From: Kipferlia bialata | Lineage: Eukaryota | DNA length: 36,480 bases | Direction: 5' to 3' | Assembly (NCBI GenBank): GCA_003568945.1 | Contig: BDIP01000047.1 | Coordinates: 1 to 36,480 of the forward strand | Shown here: one piece after another, positions 11,317-21,122 of the stretch | Layout: each line of letters opens with the position of its first letter | Numbering within the stretch: position 1 is the first letter of the stretch | Translations under genes and position numbers: made by a program | The notes under the pieces: model-generated | The model's input: the letters and a program-made list of their open reading frames with translations, nothing else | What the model was told of the DNA's origin: nothing | The model's database searches: none

Positions 11317-11965
11317 GGGTGTGTGTGCCTAGGGCTGGGCAGTAGGGAGTAGTTTGGATGCCCGGCTGTCTTTTTATTCTATCATTACCGTGTGGTTAGT
11401 ACAATGTTCTAGTTTTCATATATATACATAGATTTGTTCGTGTCCATCTGGTGTGAGTTTAGCAATATCGCTACTATGCATGAATCATGTCATCATGGTG
11501 ATTGTCTCGTATATGTATGTTCAAGTTACTGATACAGTATCTGTTCTACTTGTCTATTCAGTCAAAACTATACGCATCAAGTCCCCTCATACAAACTACA
11601 CGATGGATCAATGGTGGTCTCAGGTCGGTACTCAAATACCGAAGGAGACAATCACCAGACAGTAGAACATAGCACCCAAAGGCCTCTGTTGGACTATGGC
11701 GCATCCTATGCGGTTGGGTCTGCCGCAGGAAGGAGACCATGTGCGCAATAGCATTGGAAGGAAGACACCAGATCACAGCCAAAACAGCTCAGCAGGTGAG
11801 AACTCTGGACACAAGTACTAGTGCAATGCCATGATGGGTGACGGATGAGACCCAGGCAAAGGCCTTGAGTCACTAACATGATAGCCCGGGTGGCCCTGTG
11901 TGCTGATAGGGCAGGGGGGCAGAAGTAGAAGTAGGGGGAGAGGCAGAGTGGAAATGTGCCGCCCC

Positions 11966-13066
11966 TCAGTCCCCCCCCTCCTGATCAACCTGATCATCGA
12001 TCCCAAACGCATCCAGCACGTTCTGGTGCTCCCCCCCTGCCAGGGCCTCGATCACGTCCTTGAGATCCAGACAGGCCCCATAGCTGTTGGACATGCCTGT
12101 CTTCTTCTGCCGCACAAACCCTGAGTCACACAGCACCCTCAGCAGGGTGCGGGACTCCTCCCCCCCCACCGTGAACCCCAGTCTGTCTGACAGGGTGGTG
12201 ACCACATCTCTGGCAGTCACAGGGCGTGCCTTGCCTGGGGACTCAGATCTGATGTCGCAGAGCCACGATACGGCCAGCAGAGTGGCTGCCTGGTACCCCG
12301 AGAGGCTGGCCACCCCGACCAGACTGGGCTTGAGGGCAAAGAGGACCTGCCTCGGCTTGACACACGTGACACCGGAGGACACAGCATACGACACCGCCCG
12401 CTCTGCTGCGGATATCAACATGCGGCAGTCCCCCCCACCACAGGCCACCTTGTTGGCGAGGTAGGAGACTGCGACGGGGCTGAACTGCACAGCAGAGTCA
12501 CCGGAGGAGGCAGCTGCACAGATGCGGGGCAAGACTGAGGTCAGAATGTCCTTCAGCTCGTCCTTCTCATAGGGCGGCACCTGGATACGGTGGCTGGAGT
12601 CTGCCAGACCGGGGAAGGAGGACAGGTCGTTGGAGAGCAGCACCAGGACCCTATCCGGACTGTCCTGCACACCCTGGATCAGCCTCCCCAGCTGGCTGTC
12701 GTTCAACACATCCCCCTCGTCTACAACCAGCAGCCTCACGACACGTGGGCGGGCACGAGGCCGACTGGCTGCCCCCTTTGTCCTCCTGCGGGGCCTCTGC
12801 TTGGCACCCACTGCGGTGGTCCATGCCGCAACAGGGGGAGGCAGTTCGGACGAAGGAGGACGCAGGGCATTCCAGTATGTCACCTTCACCCGCTTTCCGA
12901 GTGTAGACCGCCAGTAATCCATGGTGCAGGTCTTGCCAACACCAGGCTGACCTGAGACAATGATGAGACGTCTGGCATCTCGGGCCTCCCCAAGAGCCTC
13001 ATCCCACGCATCGGCATATCTCTTTAACAGACTCTGACGAAACACACCCTTGTCCTCAGCAGGCAT
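11966..13066 (-). CDS. CDC6: Orc1/Cdc6-like AAA+ replication initiator (AAA+ plus winged helix), 366 aa, intronless
   Basis: Walker A GQPGVGKT, YWNA, Walker B LLVVDEGD, sensor-1 LVLLSND, PPYEKDELKDIL, sensor-2 GDCR, and a C-terminal winged-helix-like segment (LLRVLCDSGFV). Orc1 versus Cdc6 cannot be resolved by eye. Confidence 0.82.
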   Translation of the reverse strand: MPAEDKGVFRQSLLKRYADAWDEALGEARDARRLIIVSGQPGVGKTCTMDYWRSTLGKRVKVTYWNALRPPSSELPPPVAAWTTAVGAKQRPRRRTKGAASRPRARPRVVRLLVVDEGDVLNDSQLGRLIQGVQDSPDRVLVLLSNDLSSFPGLADSSHRIQVPPYEKDELKDILTSVLPRICAAASSGDSAVQFSPVAVSYLANKVACGGGDCRMLISAAERAVSYAVSSGVTCVKPRQVLFALKPSLVGVASLSGYQAATLLAVSWLCDIRSESPGKARPVTARDVVTTLSDRLGFTVGGEESRTLLRVLCDSGFVRQKKTGMSNSYGACLDLKDVIEALAGGEHQNVLDAFGIDDQVDQEGGD

Positions 13067-13242
13067 AGGATACTAATCGACGCAGCAACCCACTGGAAAG
13101 GTACAAAAGAGTTGACCCAGCCGTTTCAGCTGACTACACCCTTGGGAACAAAAACTCAGAGGCCAACCCTCAAATATGAAAAAGCTGTTGGAGTGACAGA
13201 GACACACCTATTTACTGCGTATCTGGTCCAGGTATAGTTCAG
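13067..13242. promoter_or_regulatory. Putative bidirectional promoter between Orc1/Cdc6-like and HEATR3-like genes
   Basis: 176-bp gap between divergent ATGs. Confidence 0.5.
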
Positions 13243-14613
13243 ATGAGTGGGTCTCCTGAGGATCACAGTCAGTTGGTCAAGGGACTGAACTCACCTTTCC
13301 CTGAAAAGAGAGCTGCGACACTCGCTCAGTTTTCCTCCCTCCCCATTTCGCCCAAGGTAGCTGCCAAGCTCCTGCAGAAGCCAAAGACAAAGTCTCTCGC
13401 GTCCCTCATTGTGTCCCTGCTGTCTGATGAGAACGAGAGCGTTCAGGGTGCTGCAGTATGTGCCGTGTGCTCCCACTTGAGTCAGAAGACCCTTCCAATC
13501 TTCCTCACAGTTGGACTGGAGAGATCTGCTCTGGAGTGCCTTCCAGCCTCTCTCCCTGTGGTTGCTTCGATGGTTGCTGTCGACTGTAACCTTCTGAGTG
13601 ACAGCGTTGTGGCCGCCGTTACCCCATTGGTGCTCTCGGGTCTCTCCCCTACGACAGACTCCCGTGATCTCACCCTGGCCTCTGCAGAGATTGTCGTCAA
13701 CGGGTTCAGGCAGGAGAGTCAGAGTGCTGCCCTTGTCCAACTGCTTCAGCAGTGTGGTGCTCTAGCAGCTGCCGGAGGCTCTGACGTGCAGGAGATGCGC
13801 ATGATCCATGCTGTGATTGCCATCTATGCTGGCAATGCCGTTCCGGTGTCTCACGTCCTCCCCACTGTGTCGTTCCCAATGCCCAGTGAGGCCCTGTCTA
13901 TCTGCGACATGCTTCTGGAGGCACTGTACGAGCACCCTCAGCTATGTGCGACTCACCTCGCTGACCTCATCCGCATATCTGCCTCCGTGCCCCCTGAGGA
14001 GGCCCTCTCAGAGGCCTCTTCCCTGGCCACATACGCCGAGGTCCTGGCTGTGTGTGAGAGTGCAGCCAAGGCATTGCAGTGTGGAGTGGTGGCTGTGTTG
14101 GAGGCTGACCCCTGTGCCGCCGAGCTCCCGTCTGTCTCTGGCACTCTGATCCCCCCCATCGTGGCTGCCGCGGCCCTTGCTCTGGGCAGTGGTCAGGATG
14201 CCGCAGAGGCCCTGATGGGTGCCGCCAGGCTGCTGGGGTCCCTGGCATGGGAGAGGGGCGAGAGAGATGTGGTCGACATGCCGGAGCTCCCCCTCCTGCT
14301 CAAGGAGGAGGCAGTGGCCGCACAGGCCGTGTTCCTGCTGCGCTTCAGCACCGGTGCCGTCCCTGTTCTCGACGGAGTGCTGGCCCACTTCACCAAGTGG
14401 GGCAAGAGGGGGGTGGGGGCCATCTGTGAGTCCCTGGACGTGTGCTTTGACTGTGCGGCCAACGCTGCCGGAAAGCCCCTCATTCCCGCTGTCAAGGCCG
14501 CTGGGGCCTGGCTGAAGAAGCAGGGGAACCCCCAGGACGGAGAGCTTGCTGCCATGAGGGAGATGTGCATTGCCAATTGCAACCCTTGGTGCGCATATGT
14601 ACAGGGCCAGTGA
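13243..14613 (+). CDS. HEATR3: ARM/HEAT-repeat protein, probably HEATR3/Syo1 (5S RNP import chaperone), 456 aa
   Basis: All-helical. N-terminal LNSPFPEKRAATLA and LLSDENESVQGAAVCAV, and C-terminal ICESLDVCFD and EMCIANCNPWCAY, recall the Syo1/HEATR3 patterns (EALDALFD; NLxRFIxY). Family call is by memory of motifs. Confidence 0.55.
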   Translation: MSGSPEDHSQLVKGLNSPFPEKRAATLAQFSSLPISPKVAAKLLQKPKTKSLASLIVSLLSDENESVQGAAVCAVCSHLSQKTLPIFLTVGLERSALECLPASLPVVASMVAVDCNLLSDSVVAAVTPLVLSGLSPTTDSRDLTLASAEIVVNGFRQESQSAALVQLLQQCGALAAAGGSDVQEMRMIHAVIAIYAGNAVPVSHVLPTVSFPMPSEALSICDMLLEALYEHPQLCATHLADLIRISASVPPEEALSEASSLATYAEVLAVCESAAKALQCGVVAVLEADPCAAELPSVSGTLIPPIVAAAALALGSGQDAAEALMGAARLLGSLAWERGERDVVDMPELPLLLKEEAVAAQAVFLLRFSTGAVPVLDGVLAHFTKWGKRGVGAICESLDVCFDCAANAAGKPLIPAVKAAGAWLKKQGNPQDGELAAMREMCIANCNPWCAYVQGQ

Positions 14614-15125
14614 GCCCTATGCATTCTCTTGTCACTGTCCAGGGCTCCGACCAGAGTCTGTCACCACCCATTTATTACACCGTCTGAGTCTCAGCTGTCT
14701 CATGCGATTCGCCTCTGTCTCTTGTTTGCAGTGTGTTTCACGGCGATTCCCTCAGTTGTCTTTACAAGACTCCAATGCTTCGTTTATTCTAATCATCGTT
14801 AAATCAGTTGTCTGTCCTAGTTGGAAGCTCATCTATACAAGAAAGGCACTAGGCCCAGTGTTATTAAGTGAGATAGATCTAGATTAGATCATCGAGTATG
14901 ATCGGAAGCCTATAGGACTCTCGGGCCCCAGTGTCAAGCATTGAAGAAACTTCAAAGTAAACTGATCCTCTCGTACAATGCTCTGGAACATGGAATTGCA
15001 GCAGTAGGGCAGCATGACTAGCAAAACGCAACGGACCGTTGTCAGGCCATGGTATAGACATACCCGTGAATGGGAGCATCAGACAACGATTCAACTCAGC
15101 CAGGAATGGACAGAATAGTCAAGAG

Positions 15126-15528
15126 CTAGGAGTCCTGGGTCGGTTTCGCAGGAGTTCCAAGTGGGAACGCGACGTATCGATGTTGTCCGACTCCGACCCC
15201 AACAGACTCTGTCTCCTGTGTACGAGAACGCGACCGGGAGAAATCAAGAAGTACTGAGGACCCAAGTGTCCGTTGTTTCTGCACTGAGTATACCTCCCCA
15301 TCAACCTCAACTGCAATTGGCACCTGCTCTGAATCAGCCTGCGATAAGACACTGAGGAATGGCATAATGGGAATATACCAGAGTGATTGACAGGTTACTC
15401 ACCAGAACATCAATGCTATTCGCCGTCATAGTTCTGCCCAGTCTCCCATCTGCATGCGGCACCTGAAACACTAGCGGAATGTACTCGTCCTCGAAGGTCT
15501 CGCTCACAAGCTCATCGTCTGAAGTCAT
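15126..15528 (-). CDS. Small protein resembling TFIIIC subunit 6 (GTF3C6/Tfc7 domain), 112 aa, 2 exons
   Basis: Exons 15528-15403 and 15338-15126 (intron GTGAGT...CGCAG). Acidic N-terminus EDEYIPLVF, then IDVL|ADSEQVPIAVEVDGEVYSVQKQRTLGSSVLLD, resembling the TFIIIC_sub6 pattern (I/V)DGxVYxGxxxxT(L/V)G(T/S). Confidence 0.5.
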
Positions 15529-15609
15529 GTTGAAGGTAGATACTAGGCCTAGTAGACAAGAGACTGATGTTGGGAATCAAGTCACACATTTTTGGGACAG
15601 AAATTGAGA

Positions 15610-15640
15610 GGGTCCAAAGTGGACCGTCCACTGGAGTCAG
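15610..15640. promoter_or_regulatory. Palindromic intergenic motif GGGTCC-N5-GGACCGTCC...GAGTCAG, copy 1
   Basis: About 80 bp upstream of the TFIIIC-like ATG. Same architecture at 20981-21007. Confidence 0.4.
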
Positions 15641-15890
15641 ACTGTCAGAGTGACAGAGTCAATGCTCAGGGTCTCATTGCTCCAAATGCAGCACTGTCAC
15701 TCCAGCTCAGAAACCAAAGCTGAGTTATACAGGCAGACGAGATTAAACCGAAAAGACCTCCCTAATACAACTGGAAGGAGAGAGAAAACATTCCACTTCA
15801 ATACATAATGAAAACAGTGCACACAACATGATGACCACATAGTCTCAAGACATTTACTTCACTGCTAGAGACCAGTCATTCCCTATCCAT

Positions 15891-16904
15891 TTAGTAGATG
15901 GTGCGGGTGACCTTGGCGTGGGCGTTGAGCCTGAGGAGAGCGTTCCTGTTCTTCAGGGGGTTCACCTTGCGGAGGGTACGGCGGGCCTGGACCTGGGGCT
16001 TGCGGAGGACAGCCTGCACGGACTCGGATCCAACAATGCGGAGGAGGTCGGTGGTCTTCATGTTAGAAGAGGGCAGGGTGTATCCGAGCTTCTGCTCAGA
16101 GGCCTGGGTGAAGGTTCCGAAGACGGAGTCCAGAGCCTCGAAGGCAGGGCGAGTCCAGATGATGAGACGTCCCATGTGGCCACCAGGAGCGAGGTCAAGG
16201 AGGTTCATGCGGGTGACGTCAGCAACATCAACACCGGCGATGTTACGGAAGGCCTTGGAGATGCCGTTGTCGGCAGCGTAGACCACAAGGGGTCCCTTGC
16301 GCTGCTTGTAACGCCTGTTCCTCATCTTTCCGAGACCGGCACGGATGGTCCTGGAGTCAACCACCTTCTTGATCTCAGCGTCAAGGCCAAGAGCAGAGAT
16401 GACGGAAGCAGCCTCCTTGGTCTTCTTGATGGACTCCACGGGGGTGTCCACAACGATGGGGAGGTGGGGGAGGTTGCCGATCTTGTGTCCGCGGGCGGTC
16501 ACGAGAGCAGACACGGCAGAGGCAGCGAGGGCGGAGACAACGGCAAAGCGCTTGACGTTGACGTTCACCTTCCTGTGCCACCTACGGTGGGTGCGGGTGG
16601 GGTTGTACATGTGTCCGCCACGGGTCATGTTACCGTAGGCACCCTGTCCAGCGCGGGAGGTTCCGGAGCCAGCAACACGGGGGATACGGGCAACGGCACG
16701 GCCGGGACCCCAAGAGGTAGCGCAAGCCTGGGTACCAGCGTCCTTGGACACGGCGTAAGCCTGCCTGTGGTTCTTGGCGATGTTGGTGTGGACGAACTGC
16801 ACGATATCGGGGCGGATAGGGGCGTTGAACACAGCGGCACGGGGGATGGTCTCAACCATCTCCCCGGTGAGTCCGAAGACAGAAACAGTAGCTGTGGCAG
16901 ACAT
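15891..16904 (-). CDS. RPL4: 60S ribosomal protein L4 (uL4), 337 aa, intronless
   Basis: ATG at 16904. APIRPDIVQFVHTNIAKNHRQAYAV, SWGPGRAVARIPRV, GKMRNRRYKQRKGPL, LAPGGHMGRLIIWT, NPLKN. Strong codon bias. Confidence 0.98.
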   Translation of the reverse strand: MSATATVSVFGLTGEMVETIPRAAVFNAPIRPDIVQFVHTNIAKNHRQAYAVSKDAGTQACATSWGPGRAVARIPRVAGSGTSRAGQGAYGNMTRGGHMYNPTRTHRRWHRKVNVNVKRFAVVSALAASAVSALVTARGHKIGNLPHLPIVVDTPVESIKKTKEAASVISALGLDAEIKKVVDSRTIRAGLGKMRNRRYKQRKGPLVVYAADNGISKAFRNIAGVDVADVTRMNLLDLAPGGHMGRLIIWTRPAFEALDSVFGTFTQASEQKLGYTLPSSNMKTTDLLRIVGSESVQAVLRKPQVQARRTLRKVNPLKNRNALLRLNAHAKVTRTIY

Positions 16905-17183
16905 TCTAACAGTCGACAAGAGGCTTCTGACGCCATTCTGGCAGCTCTGCGTATCTGACCATCATGCCATTGTCGGAGACTCGGAAAAATCCGAAAGAGC
17001 CACATGCATGTTGCATGTGAACCACCATCCACTTTAGGAGTTAGCTCAACAATTCTTGTGTTTGGGAATAAATTAATGACAAGCTCTTTTAGCAGATAGG
17101 AGTACAACCCTTTTGCCAAATATATTTTTGGCTTGGCAATTCATGATGACACTCAGCACTACCTCATTCTAGGGTCGAAACTC
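16905..17183. promoter_or_regulatory. Putative bidirectional promoter between RPL4 and the RING gene, with hairpins
   Basis: 279-bp head-to-head gap containing TCGGA-AAAA-TCCGA (16981-16994) and CACATGCA-TGT-TGCATGTG (17001-17019). Confidence 0.45.
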
Positions 17184-18935
17184 ATGGACTCTCCGCAAGT
17201 GGCGGACCAGCTGAAGCTGGAGGTACTAGGGACATACTATATTATTGTAATTGTGCCTTTTGGGGGCAGATATTTGATTTTCTCTTCATGGCTACTTTAA
17301 GACCCTTGCTTCGTCCTCTATTCACTTCAGATAAAGAAGCTGAGATCCAAGGTGATCCAGTCAGATGAGGAAATCCTCCGTGGCGAGAAGCTGAAGCGTG
17401 AGTTGGTAGAGACTGAGGCACAGCGGGAGAAGCTCAACCAGACTATTGATTCTGGTCGTGACCGCATGTGTCAGCTGGAGGAGGAGCTGAAGAGACTTCA
17501 GGCTCGTGAGAGTGAGATCCGGAATCTGCTACTTGTTGCTCGTGCTTCCAACAGGCGGCTGATTGAAGACAACAGTGTGCTCTCGAGGCAGCAAGGCACC
17601 TGTGAGTCAGCCACTCTGAGAGAGAGGGAGAAGGCCACGAACCTTCGTCAGGAGGTCGAGAGGCTCAATGTGGTTGTGAGTGAGCGTCGTAGAGAGCTAG
17701 CAGAGGAGAGGTCCCAGCTCCAGTCAGTTTTGGAGGCCAGAGACACTCTGTCTGCCAAGCTGCTGACTATGGAGGCCTCCCTGGACAACCTTCGTCAGCA
17801 GATGGTGGATGCCAGGACTGACCTTGCTACTAGTCAGAGACGTCTGGCTGAGCTGAAGGAGGCTGCTTCTCGCCAGGTTGGGTCTCGACTCCACTTGGAG
17901 GCTGCACTGGAGTCCACCCGTGAGGCTCACCGTGTGCGTGTTGCCGAGATCAAGGAGGAGCATGCCAAGGCAGTCAAGGACCTCATTGAGCTGGGAGAGT
18001 CCAGGGTCAAGAACCAGCGTGATCTCCTGGCCCGGCAGCTCCAGGCTATCCAGGGCTTGGTGATCAGTAGCGAGAGAGCTGTGGAGGAGAGAAGTGAGCT
18101 GGCTAGACAGATTGGTGAGGAGCAGATGTCCATCCTCCAGCGGGAGAAGGAGGTGTGGGCCACAGCCAGACAGAGGATCAGGGCCCTGGAGGCCGAGACC
18201 GAGACGGTGAAGGCCCAGCTGAACGTGACCCGCACCCGTGGGGACCACGAGATAGCCCAGCTGTCCAACCAGGTCGAGGGTCTGGAGCACGAGCTCAGAG
18301 AGGCAGAGAGCGTGACCTCTCTCGGGGCATCGACCCTCGGCCAGACCAGGGTGAGCAGGCGTGAGGCTGCGCTGTCCCTCAATGCCGACAAGGAGGCCCT
18401 GGCAGCTGAGCACGCCATGCTGCTCGACGAGGCGGCAGGACTGAGGGGCGAGCTCATTGCTCTCTCTAGGGACAGACCCCCCACTCAGGGTGCACCAGGC
18501 TCCCGCAGAGTCTCCCGCACTCCCTCTCCCCCCGTCTCTGCCACCGCATCTGACGGAGTTGATGCCAAGGCCGAGGTGAACGCTCTTGTGAGCTCAGTGG
18601 AGGGTGTGATTGCCAAGGCCAGTGCCATGGCCTCTTCTCTCGAGACAGAGGTTGTGTGCTCTGCCTGCAACATGAGGGTCAAGGAGTATGCCGCCTCCAT
18701 CCCCGAGGACGGCGTGCCCCCTCCCCTCCTCCTCGTAGTTCCATGTGGCCACCCCCTCTGCTACAATTGCTGGAGTGCAGTGGAGACTGCCGGTCAGTGC
18801 CCAGCATGTCGCAAGTCAATTGTGAGGGCAGTCCCCAACACCGGCGTGATTGCCATATCCCAGCATCTGCAGAAGCACAGAGCTCGCATAGCAGCCCTCG
18901 TTGGTGTGGTGGGAGAGGCGAAGAGCATCCAGTGA
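17184..18935 (+). CDS. Coiled-coil protein with C-terminal C3HC4 RING finger (putative E3 ligase), 2 exons
   Basis: Exon 1 17184-17222 (MDSPQVADQLKLE), intron 17223-17330, exon 2 17331-18935. About 400 aa of heptads, then CSAC...PCGHPLCYNC...CPAC. Confidence 0.88.
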
Positions 18936-19259
18936 GTATTTCACGTTTGTGGGTATCGCCAGAATATGTATAATAGACACTTCTGTGTTACTAGGCCGAG
19001 TATTCTGACACTTGAGTTGTTAATTGATCCACCATATCAAGAGTCATGGACCCCAACTCAGTGGTCAACGACTTGCTGTGACTGGAAAGAGTCAATCCAC
19101 TCCTGCCACATGCTACATTCATCTAGATCTATAAACATATGTACGTCACAGTGTGTCACTGAGTGAGCACAGTGGAAAAGGGTCAATTGGTCAACACAAA
19201 AACTTGAACTCATAGTCAGAGGTCGAGGCTGATCTTCTCCTCTCTGGAGGGCGATATAG

Positions 19260-20606
19260 ATGGTTCCGACCCGTGTGAAGCGGTTAGTGGTGGATACCAA
19301 TGCTATTATTCACCGGAGTGAGTTTTGGAACTATGCTGAGGAGTTGTATACCGTTCCAGAGGTGATTGCAGAGGTTAGGGACCCAGCAAGCCGCACATGG
19401 CTCAGCCAGATGCCTGTTAAGCTCACTGTGCTCTCAGCAAGCATGGAGCATCGTAGGGCTGTGGCCAGCTTCGCCAAGCTGACAGGAGATTTCCGTTCTC
19501 TTGCAGTTGCAGATATGCACCTTGTGGCTCTTGTTCGGCAGCTTGACGTGGATTGCCACAGTGGCTCTGACTCCCATCTGCGTGTTGCCCCTGTTAACAA
19601 GTACAGTAACAGAGGGAAGAGGACAGCGCTCGTGAGGCCTACCCATCCAAAGGCCAAGGAGGAGACGACTCCCGTAGTTGACTCTACCCCTACTCAGGAG
19701 GAGGTGGCTAAGGAGCCAGAGGTCCCAGCTGTGCAGAGTGAGCAGGTGGTGGAGGCATTTGTACCAGTTGTTGCAGAGGCTGATGATGGAGACGAGGAGG
19801 AGGAGGTCAAGCCTGTCGTAGAAGAGACAGAGGCCGTATCTGAGATTTCCCCCAGCACTGCAGCTCCTTCCAGTCCCACCCCCGCACCCCTCGAGTCTCC
19901 TGTGGCAGCTCCTGCTCCTGTTGAGCAGCCCCGTGCTCTTATGCTGAGTGGTGACTTCCCTATGCAGAACGTGTGCATGCAGATGGGTCTGATGGTGATG
20001 CCTGAGGACGGCAGGGTCATCAAGCGTCTCAAGACATTCGTCACAAAGTGCTTCAGCTGCAGCTCCATCCTTGGAGTCAGTCCCAAGGGCAAGTGGTGCC
20101 CCAAGTGTGGCAACTCCACCCTGTGCCAGGTGTCCCTCACCCTGGACAAGTGGGGGGTGCCCCACTATGGCAACAACCCCCACATCAACGTCAAGGGGTC
20201 CAAGTTCTCCCTCCCTGCCCCTGTGATGGGCAAGGCAGGCCGCATGCCAGCGGCACCCACCGTGGCAGCAGACCAGCACCCCCACGAGATGAGGATCCAG
20301 CAGGAGAGGGAACGCAAGGCAGAGCGTAAGGCTAAGGAGGGCCGCGTCGAGGCCAACCCATTTGCTGGGGCCGCTGTGTCTTTCTTCACAGGGTCCATCA
20401 ACGGTCCAACTTCCAGGCTTGCGGTGAGTTGTGCATTGTATTCCTAGTAATTACGCGTACAATGCTGATCATTATGTGTATTTGCTATTTTCGGTTATTG
20501 TCCTCCTGACCCCTAGGATGTGACCTCCACTCCCCAGTGGGAGAAGAGGAACCCTAACGTGTCTAGGAAGAGGACCAACAAGAAGAAGAGGAACAGAAAG
20601 AAGTAG
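19260..20606 (+). CDS. NOB1: NOB1, 20S pre-rRNA site D endonuclease (PIN domain plus zinc ribbon), 2 exons
   Basis: Exons 19260-20423 and 20517-20606. VVDTNAII, YTVPEVIAEVRD, KLTGDFRSL, DFPMQNV, CFSC...CPKCGN, GSKFSLP, and a basic RNPN tail. Confidence 0.95.
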
Positions 20607-20980
20607 GCCTGGTGCTGTTGTTTAGTGTGTTGACCCTTGTGTATCCTTTGAGGTCGTTGTGTTCGTTATCCGTTACTTTGTTGCCAATGACAGCTTGACC
20701 AGCCTGCCGCATTTATTAAATAGACTCGGAGCTATCCTGTTACATGACTGCGGTCTGGAGAGGACAGGGCCTTACTCTAGTATCTCCTCATATTGTATAT
20801 ATAGTGGAATACATGGTATATCTCTAAGCATTGTGGATATATATCTACATCCATGATAATGACACGTTGTGTCACACAATGAATAGGAATCCGATGTACT
20901 GGTATGTGTCTTTCTGATGTACTACGGCTGGTATGTCTCACTCAACTCGAGTCAGATGATAGTAGTGTTTTTGCCAACTT

Positions 20981-21007
20981 GGGTCCGACTCGGACCGTCC
21001 GAGTCAG
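20981..21007. promoter_or_regulatory. Palindromic intergenic motif GGGTCC-N5-GGACCGTCC-GAGTCAG, copy 2
   Basis: Contains the perfect palindrome GACTCGGAC-C-GTCCGAGTC (20987-21005), about 115 bp upstream of the pseudokinase ATG. Confidence 0.4.
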
Positions 21008-21122
21008 TAGCTAAGTGTTAACCCTCCATACAGAAGCTACACCTCACCACGTGTGTATACCTTAGGTGCTCGGGTCTTACTTCCCCGGAAGGGCAGTGAG
21101 CTAGGGCCCTCCGTCCCCGGTT

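Noticed and set aside
11340..11965. Short ORFs between the kinase and Orc1/Cdc6-like genes
   Set aside because: No motifs or codon bias; probably convergent 3' UTRs.
15918..16958. 346-aa plus-strand ORF overlapping RPL4
   Set aside because: Antisense shadow caused by strong codon bias in RPL4; no protein-like motifs.
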